Below are positions 1 to 8,598 of a stretch of 64,000 nucleotides of DNA, in pieces; the first letter of the stretch is position 1; each line of letters opens with the position of its first letter. The notes below the pieces were generated by a model. The model did not search any database. It was not told where the DNA came from and saw nothing but the letters and a program-made list of their open reading frames with translations. Location: the NCBI GenBank assembly GCA_024654025.1, contig JANLIR010000002.1, forward strand, positions 101,639-165,638, in the 5' to 3' direction. The translations under genes and the position numbers were made by a program. This DNA comes from Candidatus Wolfebacteria bacterium. GTDB taxonomy: Bacteria; Patescibacteriota; Minisyncoccia; UBA6257; UBA9933.

Positions 1-65
1 CACCGACAGCGGCTATTATAATAACTAATCCTATTATGATTAACGTTTTTTTCATATCATTCTTT

Positions 66-950
66 CTATGGGCCGACTATGCTTCCAGCGGATGTTACTT
101 TAACATCCCAATGATCACCTCCCTTAGCGTCTTTTTCTCTGGCATAAATTGCTCCAGACGGCGCTCTATACTGGACCGCCCCATCGCTTCTTGTTCCTGC
201 TGGAGTGAAATTACTTTTTATATAGCTGTCAAGAATCGGATTGGGCCGAGCATCGAATTTATAACCGCTGCCGTGATCGTATCCCCCGACAGTATGCCCC
301 CCTTCCGTACCCCCTGTAACAAACACATTGTCGCCTCCAACCGCTTTTCCCAAAGATAAAATTTCCGACATTGTATCAACCTGTATTCCATTTAAACTAA
401 CGCAACCAGTTGTCTGTCCTTGCGCGCACGCTGTTTTGGTGCTTATTCCGTATGTTGAAAGTTGCCTTCTGCCCGCGTCCTCGCTATATGTTTCGCCGAC
501 TAAATCCGCGAAAGAAGAATAGGTAGTTGAGGTCGGGCTTTTTAAAACAGGCAAATCACCCAACTCTTTCCCTATGGCGCCGACGTCGTTTAATCGCGGG
601 TTAATTGTGTTAAAAATCACAGCCGCGCCAGCCAAAAGAACAATGCCCCAAAGCGTGTCTTTTATCCTTTCGTCAGCTTCTTTTATTAAATTAGGGTTTC
701 CTACCGCCCCCCAAGTTCTTAAAATTCCGGCGTAAACCAAAGATCCAAACGCCACAAGCCCCACCACAGCCATAGCAACGTTATACAAAAATCCAACCGA
801 CAATCCTAAATTGTTTCCGGAAGCGACATCGTTATACCCAGGAACGGTTTTGAAATACAATAAGACGCTTGACGAAGCGCCGAGGGCGGATTTGGCAAAG
901 ATAAAAATAATTAAAAATAAAAAAAATATACACGCGGTTTTTTTAATCAT
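66..950 (-). CDS. Secreted T4SS-associated protein with a pilin-like N-terminal region: signal peptide, then two hydrophobic helices (TrbC/VirB2-like topology), then a Gly/Thr-rich C-terminal domain
   Basis: N-terminus MIKKTACIFFLFLIIFIFAKSALGA followed by two ~20-aa hydrophobic segments; last gene of the VirB4 operon. Homology not verifiable here. Confidence 0.4.
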   Translation of the reverse strand: MIKKTACIFFLFLIIFIFAKSALGASSSVLLYFKTVPGYNDVASGNNLGLSVGFLYNVAMAVVGLVAFGSLVYAGILRTWGAVGNPNLIKEADERIKDTLWGIVLLAGAAVIFNTINPRLNDVGAIGKELGDLPVLKSPTSTTYSSFADLVGETYSEDAGRRQLSTYGISTKTACAQGQTTGCVSLNGIQVDTMSEILSLGKAVGGDNVFVTGGTEGGHTVGGYDHGSGYKFDARPNPILDSYIKSNFTPAGTRSDGAVQYRAPSGAIYAREKDAKGGDHWDVKVTSAGSIVGP

Positions 951-964
951 ATTTTTACGAAAAA

Positions 965-1660
965 TTATTTCAATTTAAATTGAATTTCTTTATTTGCAAA
1001 TTCCATTTCATTTAATAAATTTTTAGCGATGACTTTTAAATTAATTTGAGAATTCAAACCCACTTTTGGATCAACGTTAAAATCTAAAATATTCGAACCC
1101 TTGTAAATTCCGGTCGCTTGTCCGTTCGCCGTCCACTGAAAAGAAAGGTTGTTTATAATTTTTACATTAAAGAAAAACGGATTTGCCTTAAATATCGCTG
1201 TTTTTGAAATATTATTTAACGAAAACGCCGGCGACTCGATAACAACTTCCGGATTAACCACCGGTATTTGAATAATTTTATTAAGAGATTGGCCTTTGTA
1301 ATCGGGCAAAGCGATTCTTACCTCCGTATTATTGCCCGGATAATCAGTAACTGTAAATAAATATTTTTTTATTCCTAAACCGTCATTTTCATTTTTTACC
1401 AAATTGTCATTTATATACCAGCGCACAACGGTATTTGATAAATCGGAAATTTTACCGTTATTTATGAGCTCAAAACTTATGGACACGCGACTGCCTCGGC
1501 TCGGCAAAATTTTACCCTCATACCAAGCAGGTACAAAACCGTCAGCCTTCCAGCTGGTCAAAAAATCATAACCGCTCTGCGCGGAAACAAAATTAAACGT
1601 AAAAAATTGTCCAGCCAATAAAATTATAAAAAATGACGTTTTTGTATATTTTTTTATCAT
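965..1660 (-). CDS. Secreted hypothetical protein (signal peptide), T4SS-operon member
   Basis: N-terminal hydrophobic signal sequence; Asn-rich; operon context. Confidence 0.4.
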   Translation of the reverse strand: MIKKYTKTSFFIILLAGQFFTFNFVSAQSGYDFLTSWKADGFVPAWYEGKILPSRGSRVSISFELINNGKISDLSNTVVRWYINDNLVKNENDGLGIKKYLFTVTDYPGNNTEVRIALPDYKGQSLNKIIQIPVVNPEVVIESPAFSLNNISKTAIFKANPFFFNVKIINNLSFQWTANGQATGIYKGSNILDFNVDPKVGLNSQINLKVIAKNLLNEMEFANKEIQFKLK

Positions 1661-1728
1661 TTCATTATATGCGTTTGCAATTCCTAATTTCTAATAAAAT
1701 TTGTGATGTCCAATTCTTAAATTTAAAA

Positions 1729-2034
1729 TTATTCTTCTAATTCATCCGCCGCTTCTCTATTAATCTTTATAATAGAAGCTATAACTCCTCCGGTTTTCCC
1801 CGGTAAAAAACTGCCTGATAAAAAATCTATTCCTGCTCCTATCCCAAAGCCCCTCAAGCTTCCAATTCCGCCTTTCATAAATAGCCAAAAACCAAGCACC
1901 AACGCAACCGCGATATTTATCATCTCTCCAATAATTATACCAAAACCGGTCAAACTAACCAAAGCTTCTGCTCCATCGCTAAAAGCTGCTATCAACACCA
2001 TCATTATTCCTTCTGGAAGTGAAATTTTACTCAT
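1729..2034 (-). CDS. Small integral membrane protein (2-3 TM), possible pilin/VirB2-like component
   Basis: 101 aa, Gly-rich hydrophobic helices; immediately upstream of VirB4. Confidence 0.35.
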   Translation of the reverse strand: MSKISLPEGIMMVLIAAFSDGAEALVSLTGFGIIIGEMINIAVALVLGFWLFMKGGIGSLRGFGIGAGIDFLSGSFLPGKTGGVIASIIKINREAADELEE

Positions 2035-2071
2035 GATTTATCCTATAACAACGCAAATTCTTTGTTATTAG

Positions 2072-3820
2072 TTATTTCTCTTTTTCCATTTCCAACAACT
2101 CCTCCGGATTGGTTGTGATTAATTTGTCCTCGAAATACGACGGGATAATTCTTATCGCTACGTGCTTTAATCCGACGAAAAATATTCCTTCTCCTACTCC
2201 GGCCTGCAAAACCAAATTTTTTTCCGCTTCGGTTAAATAAAATGTCTTTGCCACCGCCTCAACGGCCGAAGGCGACTGCTTCAACAAAAGTTGGAGTGAA
2301 GAATTAGTGATAACGGGCTTACCTAAAGGCGAATCCAAAAATTCCTCCACGTTTTGAGTGATTGTCGTAAGACCCAAATAATATTTTCTACACCTTTTAG
2401 CCAAAGAATACAGAAACGCCGCGCTATCGGGATATTTCATCATCCACCACGCTTCGTCAATTATTAAAATTCTTTTTTTCATTTCCGAACGAATTACATT
2501 CCAAATAAAATTCAAAACGATATACATCGCTATAGGCCTTAATTCTTCTTCTAAATCACGAATAGAAAATATCACTAATCTATTTTTCACATCAACGCTT
2601 GTCGGTTTATTAATAAATCCGGCGTAAGTTCCTTTAGTAAAAGTATATAGCCGCATTGACAAATTTTTTCCGCCATCCATATTTTCTAAAACAGTCTGCA
2701 AATCTTCCAAAAGCGGGGCTTTGAATTTTGAAAAATCTTTAACTTCGGCGGTAATGCCTCTGGAAGCGTATGTTTCCGTTATGGCCTTATCCAAAACCGC
2801 TTCCTCTTCCGGCGTAACGTTTTTAAGCATTAATTTCAAAAGTCCGGTTAAGTTAAGGATATGCGACTTGAAAACATCGCCAGGGTCCTCATCTTTGGGA
2901 ATAATCGGAATGTCCAGTGGATTTATCGAATCGTTTGAATTTAAAGAAATTTTTAAAACCGTTCCGCCAACCGCGTCGGACAATCTTCGGTATTCGTCTT
3001 CCGGATCAATAACCAAAACATCTATACCGAGCATAAGCGACCTGATAATTTCCAATTTTGTCGAATACGATTTTCCCGCCCCGGCTTTGGCAAAAACAAC
3101 CTGGTTGGCATTTTCCAAAGAAAATCTGTCAAAAATAACCAGCGAATTATTATGCTGATTAACGCCATAAAGAACTCCCTTATCAGAAGTTAAATCCAAA
3201 GAAACAAACGGAAAGAAAGAAGACGCAGGCCCTGTATTTAACGGCGTATTAGCGAGTAATTTATCCTGGCAAAGTGGCAAGGTTGAAATAAGGCCGTCAA
3301 CATGCTGAAAAGTCGCCGGCTTTACGTAAACGAGCTGGCTTTCAAAAAGAGAGTTTATTTTATCCTCAATTCTCGCTAATTCTTCGATAGTCGGCGCATA
3401 TATTGTTATATAGACACCAACGCTTAAAAGTTTTTCTTGCGCCTGCTGTAAGTTGTTTCTTAGATTTTCAATGTCTTGATACGCTGTTTCAAGCATCGGA
3501 TCTCTTATTAATCCTTTTTCTTCCCGCTCCGAAAGCTCCGCCTCCAAAGAAGTGACTTTTTTTCTTAATTTCCGAAGAGCCGAAGCCGTATCAATTGGGT
3601 GAACAAATATAGAGATGTCGAGCAAATTGGGCATATTAATAATGGAATTAAACCACCCCGCTGACAAATACCTCGGATAATTCAGAATAAAAAGGGTTTT
3701 CACGAAAAAATCGCCGATTCTTAAATAGCCGGGATTAACCTCTAGCGCAGCCGGCGCGATAACATTCTTAACGTCTTTTTCCGAAGGCTCGTAAGGTTTT
3801 ATTATTTTTATTTGTTCCAT
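2072..3820 (-). CDS. virB4: VirB4/TrbE/CagE-family type IV secretion ATPase
   Basis: Walker A AGAGKSYSTK and Walker B RILIIDEAWWMM; length and domain order typical of VirB4. Confidence 0.8.
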   Translation of the reverse strand: MEQIKIIKPYEPSEKDVKNVIAPAALEVNPGYLRIGDFFVKTLFILNYPRYLSAGWFNSIINMPNLLDISIFVHPIDTASALRKLRKKVTSLEAELSEREEKGLIRDPMLETAYQDIENLRNNLQQAQEKLLSVGVYITIYAPTIEELARIEDKINSLFESQLVYVKPATFQHVDGLISTLPLCQDKLLANTPLNTGPASSFFPFVSLDLTSDKGVLYGVNQHNNSLVIFDRFSLENANQVVFAKAGAGKSYSTKLEIIRSLMLGIDVLVIDPEDEYRRLSDAVGGTVLKISLNSNDSINPLDIPIIPKDEDPGDVFKSHILNLTGLLKLMLKNVTPEEEAVLDKAITETYASRGITAEVKDFSKFKAPLLEDLQTVLENMDGGKNLSMRLYTFTKGTYAGFINKPTSVDVKNRLVIFSIRDLEEELRPIAMYIVLNFIWNVIRSEMKKRILIIDEAWWMMKYPDSAAFLYSLAKRCRKYYLGLTTITQNVEEFLDSPLGKPVITNSSLQLLLKQSPSAVEAVAKTFYLTEAEKNLVLQAGVGEGIFFVGLKHVAIRIIPSYFEDKLITTNPEELLEMEKEK

Positions 3821-3829
3821 TTTATTTTC

Positions 3830-4498
3830 TTATGACGCGCTTGCGATTTTTAAATCTTTTTTCTCAATTGCTTGAGGGTTATATAAATTATAAAAAAGCT
3901 CAATTAGTTCTTCGTCATTTAACGGCACCGCTCTCAATCCTATTTGTTCAAGCCCAACTACAACCTGATCGGTTCTTTGATTCAATTGCATAATACGCTC
4001 TCCTAAATCCTCTTCTTGTTTTGCTTCGTCTTTTTCTTTTCTGCCGAAAAACGCGAAAAACGGAAGCTTTGAAAGAAAACTTTTTTGGGCTGTTTGGGAA
4101 ATATCCATTCCGTCATAGGGCACAACCGCAAAAAAGGTTTTTGCCATTATATCGTTTTGTTTCACAAACGAGCGGATAAATTCTATATATTCGGCGATTT
4201 GATTTTTCAAAAGCTCGTTCTGCTCTTCAGCCTGCCTTTGAGAAAGCATTTCTAAATAACCTTCTATATTCAACCGGCGGGAATGGATTATTATTTGCAC
4301 TGAAAAATCCAATGTGTTTAAAAAATTCTGGTAACCGCCGATTATGATATTTTGCTCTTCCTCTGACTTTAATTCAAAATTCGTTCCGCTAACCATCACA
4401 ACTCGCCGAAGACCTCCGCTTCTTAAAATAATTACTCCGTCCTTTATGTCTTCAATATCTACGAATTGTTGAGTTGAAATTGTTTCTTTTGCTGGCAT
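3830..4498 (-). CDS. Hypothetical cytoplasmic protein, T4SS-operon member
   Basis: ORF tightly packed between the PrgI-like gene and VirB4; no recognisable motif. Confidence 0.35.
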   Translation of the reverse strand: MPAKETISTQQFVDIEDIKDGVIILRSGGLRRVVMVSGTNFELKSEEEQNIIIGGYQNFLNTLDFSVQIIIHSRRLNIEGYLEMLSQRQAEEQNELLKNQIAEYIEFIRSFVKQNDIMAKTFFAVVPYDGMDISQTAQKSFLSKLPFFAFFGRKEKDEAKQEEDLGERIMQLNQRTDQVVVGLEQIGLRAVPLNDEELIELFYNLYNPQAIEKKDLKIASAS

Positions 4499-4543
4499 TT
4501 TTTTATTATAACCTTAATACTTAATACTTTCTACCGATTTTAA

Positions 4544-5101
4544 TTATCTGAAATCAACTCTTCTGGCCGCTTCCTTTTCACCGCTTGTTTTTCTAAAAAA
4601 ACTTACGCGTTCTGCCATTCTGGGTTTTGGAATAAATTTCTCGCGCTTAGGTAGAGGATTTTTTGTCGTCATTAAATCATCCCATAATTTTTTAATCGCT
4701 GGGGCAGGGTTGAATAAGCTTCCCAAACTCTCTCGCTGGGCTAAAACTTTTTCAGTTGGAATTATTTTAACTAGCGCTTTTTGCAGCTGGGGAAGTTTCG
4801 GAATTTTTATTATTACCTCTTCCGATTCCCGCTTCCATAAATAAAATCTCGGCTTCCATAGAAATCCGACGCTCGCTAAAAAAATCTTAGAAATCGACTG
4901 TCCGTTATACTTCGCAAATCCGAAAACCAAAGCTATTGCCACCAAAAGAGCGGTCGCTAAAATCCAGAAAAAAAAATTAAAGACAAAATAGCTAAGCAGG
5001 CTTATTCCTCCGGCAAAAACCAGATAAAGAACTTGTTTTAAAGTCAAAGGCCCGGCTATTTTATCCTCTATTTCTATAAATTGGGGAACCTGAAATTGCA
5101 T
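4544..5101 (-). CDS. PrgI/VirB3-like membrane protein
   Basis: Two N-terminal TM helices (LYLVFAGGISLLSYFVFNFFFWILATALLVAIALVF) and a charged C-terminal tail, lying 5' of the VirB4 gene as in Gram-positive-type T4SS. Confidence 0.5.
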   Translation of the reverse strand: MQFQVPQFIEIEDKIAGPLTLKQVLYLVFAGGISLLSYFVFNFFFWILATALLVAIALVFGFAKYNGQSISKIFLASVGFLWKPRFYLWKRESEEVIIKIPKLPQLQKALVKIIPTEKVLAQRESLGSLFNPAPAIKKLWDDLMTTKNPLPKREKFIPKPRMAERVSFFRKTSGEKEAARRVDFR

Positions 5102-5114
5102 AATAATGATACAA

Positions 5115-5144
5115 ATATACTAATTTTACTAATGATACGAATGG
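5115..5144. repeat. MITE-like repeat, left arm (atatactaattttactaatgatacgaatgg); further copies at 28414-28443 and 15317-15341
   Basis: Near-identical 25-30-mers at three loci. Confidence 0.7.
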
Positions 5145-5557
5145 GATACGAATTCATTCCTGTTAATCGTATCAATCTTAATAATTCTTTTGGGTTTTAA
5201 ATATTTGTCCCTAAAGTTTATAAGCACCCCCAACCTTAAATTTAAGGCTTGTAAATAACGTTGAGTTTGATAATAATCTTCTTTAGTTAAAATGCGCTTA
5301 GCCTTAAATTCAAGAATAAGTTTATCATCTATTAAAAAATCAACCACATTACCACTGTCACCTAAACGTAATTCTTTTTTGTAAGGAATTTTAATTTCTT
5401 TTAATTTACGCTCAAATTCATCAGAATATTGTTTTTCCTTTGCAAACCTCCCCAAATCGTTATGAACAGCAAAACAAATACCAGTAATAACATAAGAAAT
5501 TTCGGGATAAATTATCTTATTTTTATTATTCGTATTATTAGTATCATTCGTTCTCAT
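5129..5557 (-). CDS. GxxExxY family protein (PD-(D/E)xK-like); both termini encoded by repeat arms
   Basis: Pattern E.sY..tG.cF.VHN.LG..F.E..Y...L..EL...GI......E...V.DFLID.KLILEFKAK matches the GxxExxY family; flanked by the MITE arms. Confidence 0.55.
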   Translation of the reverse strand: MRTNDTNNTNNKNKIIYPEISYVITGICFAVHNDLGRFAKEKQYSDEFERKLKEIKIPYKKELRLGDSGNVVDFLIDDKLILEFKAKRILTKEDYYQTQRYLQALNLRLGVLINFRDKYLKPKRIIKIDTINRNEFVSHSYH

Positions 5558-5573
5558 TCGTATATTGGTATCA
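5528..5573. repeat. MITE-like repeat, right arm (attcgtattattagtatcattcg...cgtatattggtatca); further copy at 28460-28488
   Basis: Imperfect inverted match to the left arm; shared with the 28.4 kb locus. Confidence 0.65.
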
Positions 5574-5578
5574 ATTTA

Positions 5579-6955
5579 TTATTCAACGATTTTTCTAAGG
5601 TCAATAACGTCTTCTTCAACCGGAATGTCTTTTAATTGTAATTCATCCGGCGATTTAGCTGCCGTTTTTTGTTCGGGCTTTTGTTCGATTTTAAACATTT
5701 GTTTTCGGGCATCTTCAAAAGCTTTTTTCTCCGCCGCTGCTTTTATGCTTAATCCAAACTCCGGTCTTGGAGCTGAAAAACCAATTTTTGCGCCGTTATC
5801 GATCTTTATCGAACTTTGCTCAACTAAAGGAACTTGTATTCTTTTCTCTTCTGTAATTCTTTCCGTTTGGAAAGTTTCCATTTTTTTGTCATTCGTTTCA
5901 TTAGCATGCATTCGTCCTTCGGTCTGCTCAGGACGACCTCCTCGAGTCTGAGTCTCGGAGTCGAAGACCTGAGCTTGCCGAATGGGTCGTATATTGGTAT
6001 CGCGTTGTTCTTTTTTCTCTTCCATTTTTACCACTTTAGGCTCGAAACCAATATTAATTTCTTTGCTTTGAGAAAAAACCTGAGACTGAAAAGGCTTTTC
6101 TTTTCCAAAAGGAGACATCGGCGTATTTAAATCGCTATAATGAACTACTCTGACATTTGGTTTCTCCATTTGTATCTTGTTTTCCTTTTTCTTTTCCACG
6201 TCAGCGCCAAAACTTATTTTTGCCGCCAAATCTGATGATTCTTTTCTTGCCGCCGGCTCTTGTCCGGAAGAAAAAGTAAACACTTCAGCCAAAGATTTTT
6301 TATCCGCCGCAAGCGGTGTTAATTCTGTTTCCTTATGTAAAATCATCGGCGCTTCTTCTTCGCCAAGTGATTTTTCCAAAGTTATTCCGCTGACCTTCGG
6401 CTCGATTTTTCCGAAAACCGTCGGTTCTTCTTTTTTAATTTCCTGTCTAAATTCCGGTTTTTTCAACACTACCGCTTCTGGAAATATTTCTTTCGACTTT
6501 ATCTCAATTGTTTCGCTTGAAATTCCAAGAGCTGATTTTGTTTTTAAATCAACAACGTCTTCTTTTGTTGCGGGCTTTAATTCAATTTTAGGCGCTCCCC
6601 AAGACAATGCCGATTTTGAAACAACCAACGGACTGTAAATTTTTTTAATTTCGTCTTTTAACGATATGAAAATCTTTTTATCAATCTCTTGATAAATCGA
6701 ATCAGCTAATTGTTTATTGACCTCCAGATTTTCGGCGATTTCTTTGCTCATATCTTCAATCGCCACAAATCCGGACAAAACCAAAGCGGTTAACTGCTCA
6801 ATAGTTAAAGTTTTTTCATCATCAAAATAATGAGATTGGCAAATATGCCGGACAGTTCCCATTACGCTCTCTGAATTAAGAGCGTTTTTTAAAATACTCG
6901 GCAAGTCATAAACGCGTTTTTGAAATTGTTGTTCGGTGATTAAAAAGTAGTCCAT
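5579..6955 (-). CDS. Hypothetical protein: ~100-aa structured N-terminus, then a long Lys/Glu-rich disordered region containing an in-frame 95-bp repeat module
   Basis: Low-complexity K/E/P-rich sequence; segment IRPIRQAQVFDSETQTRGGRPEQTEGRM is encoded by the repeat at 5909-6002. Confidence 0.4.
   Translation of the reverse strand: MDYFLITEQQFQKRVYDLPSILKNALNSESVMGTVRHICQSHYFDDEKTLTIEQLTALVLSGFVAIEDMSKEIAENLEVNKQLADSIYQEIDKKIFISLKDEIKKIYSPLVVSKSALSWGAPKIELKPATKEDVVDLKTKSALGISSETIEIKSKEIFPEAVVLKKPEFRQEIKKEEPTVFGKIEPKVSGITLEKSLGEEEAPMILHKETELTPLAADKKSLAEVFTFSSGQEPAARKESSDLAAKISFGADVEKKKENKIQMEKPNVRVVHYSDLNTPMSPFGKEKPFQSQVFSQSKEINIGFEPKVVKMEEKKEQRDTNIRPIRQAQVFDSETQTRGGRPEQTEGRMHANETNDKKMETFQTERITEEKRIQVPLVEQSSIKIDNGAKIGFSAPRPEFGLSIKAAAEKKAFEDARKQMFKIEQKPEQKTAAKSPDELQLKDIPVEEDVIDLRKIVE
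5890..6002. repeat. 95-bp GC-rich repeat module (cattcgtccttcggtctgctcaggacgacc...gaatgggtcgtatattggtatcg) inside a CDS; inverted copy at 25498-25613; truncated copy at 28488-28553
   Basis: ~94/95 identity between the 5909-6002 copy and the reverse complement of 25498-25591. Confidence 0.8.
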
Positions 6956-6961
6956 AAAAAT

Positions 6962-8593
6962 TTATTTATTTTCATCTTTTTTTTCTTCTTTTTTAGGTGT
7001 CTCATCTTTTCCGACAGCTAACCATTTCATTTCTTTGTGCAATTTCCCATCAGTTAATTGAAGACCCATGTTCTTACAAGGCAAAACCGGCTCTTTAGTT
7101 GATTTTACAACCGCACCGCAAACACTACATGTCCATTCACTTGATTTCTTTTTACCAACAAATAATCCACTTCCTTTCTTCATTCCGTCAATAATTGACT
7201 TAGAAAGGTTATCGGGCTTGTATTCTTCGGCTCGTTTAAAAGTTTTTCCCGCCTTGCCAACTCTTCCCGCAAACCATTGGCTCACCTTCCCCCCTCCTTT
7301 CAAACGCTCTTCCAATCCGGCCGCCTTATCTGACAGACCAGCTCTTCTGAGCGCCCATCCTCCAGTTTTTAAAGGCAGCTTCTTACCCCAAGCCCCAACC
7401 CCTTTCATTAATCCTTCAGCTGCTCCAAACGCCGCTTTCGATCCGACTGTTCCCAATTTACTGGACAAAATCAACCCTCCCATCAAAATACCCAGTATCA
7501 TTACCAATTGAGAAATATAACCCACATCTATAGTAATAGGTTGATTGCTTAAGTTCTTCGGCGCGTATTGGGAAAATACATTTTGATTCGCGTCAGCGTT
7601 AATCACATAAATAGTCAGGTATAAAAAGAACAAAACCATCGGCGCGAAAATCAACCAATGAAGCAATTTTTTCCACCACCATTTCCACCATTGCGCGGTT
7701 GAGGGAAATATCCACGCCAGCCAAATAACCGGCGAAAGAATCAAAAGAAATGTTAAATAAATGTATCTTATTAAAAGCATTCCTGCCAAGCCCAAAAAAG
7801 TAAGCGCGGCTAAAATAGTAAAGAGCGCGATAAATAAAAGAGTGGCTATTCCTTTCAGGGCTGTGCCAAATGGGTTGGCGCTAGGAGTATCGGCAACAAA
7901 GGCCTTCGTTTCCTCGTCGCTTTTAAAAATTATTCCCATATCGCCGCTTACTCGGCTACTATCAATAACCTCCGAACTTGACGCAACCGCTGTAGAACTT
8001 GTTGTCTGCGGATTTTGTGACTGTACCTGAGCCTTAATCCGGCTAAGCTCCTGGCCCGAAAGCATAAACTGGGGGTTTATCACGGCGGCAAGTTTTGTTG
8101 AAAGGCCAACCTGTGAAGTTCCTTGAATTTTTCCTATAAAAAAATTAGTTAGCCCGTCGGAAGCTTCTATAAAAAATCCGGCAATAGCCAAACTGAAATT
8201 AACAAGTAACGCCGCCACTATTAATTTCCACAGAGTTTTTTTCATCCCGTAACTTTGTAATCCCACAATGGTGGCGAAAGCGATTACGATAATCGCCAGC
8301 ACAAATCCCAAATTGGTAAAATTCAAAACTATGCTCCAGCCGGTTTTAATAAACGGATTGTCCAAAAGATGCATATTCACCGCCAAAGCGAAATCCAAAA
8401 AAACTCCGCCGATATAAAAAACTACTTGAGCGATAAAACCCAAAACATAAGAAATAACCAGAACAATTCCGGATATTGCCGCGTTTGTAATGCCTCCTAT
8501 AAGATCTCCCACCAGTCCGGCGTTAGCCCAAAGAGGCATCGCTGACAAAATCGAAGACAACGCAAAAATTTTTTTAAATAACTTTTTTCTCAT
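6962..8593 (-). CDS. VirB6/TrbL-like polytopic membrane protein of the T4SS
   Basis: At least 8 predicted TM helices, Trp-rich loop WWKWWWKKLLHW, C-terminal Cys motif CSVCG...C; operon position. Confidence 0.5.
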   Translation of the reverse strand: MRKKLFKKIFALSSILSAMPLWANAGLVGDLIGGITNAAISGIVLVISYVLGFIAQVVFYIGGVFLDFALAVNMHLLDNPFIKTGWSIVLNFTNLGFVLAIIVIAFATIVGLQSYGMKKTLWKLIVAALLVNFSLAIAGFFIEASDGLTNFFIGKIQGTSQVGLSTKLAAVINPQFMLSGQELSRIKAQVQSQNPQTTSSTAVASSSEVIDSSRVSGDMGIIFKSDEETKAFVADTPSANPFGTALKGIATLLFIALFTILAALTFLGLAGMLLIRYIYLTFLLILSPVIWLAWIFPSTAQWWKWWWKKLLHWLIFAPMVLFFLYLTIYVINADANQNVFSQYAPKNLSNQPITIDVGYISQLVMILGILMGGLILSSKLGTVGSKAAFGAAEGLMKGVGAWGKKLPLKTGGWALRRAGLSDKAAGLEERLKGGGKVSQWFAGRVGKAGKTFKRAEEYKPDNLSKSIIDGMKKGSGLFVGKKKSSEWTCSVCGAVVKSTKEPVLPCKNMGLQLTDGKLHKEMKWLAVGKDETPKKEEKKDENK

Positions 8594-8598
8594 TTTAA

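Noticed and set aside
36-522. Plus-strand ORFs 36-359 and 328-522
   Set aside because: Embedded antisense within the well-supported 66-950 minus-strand gene; no independent support.
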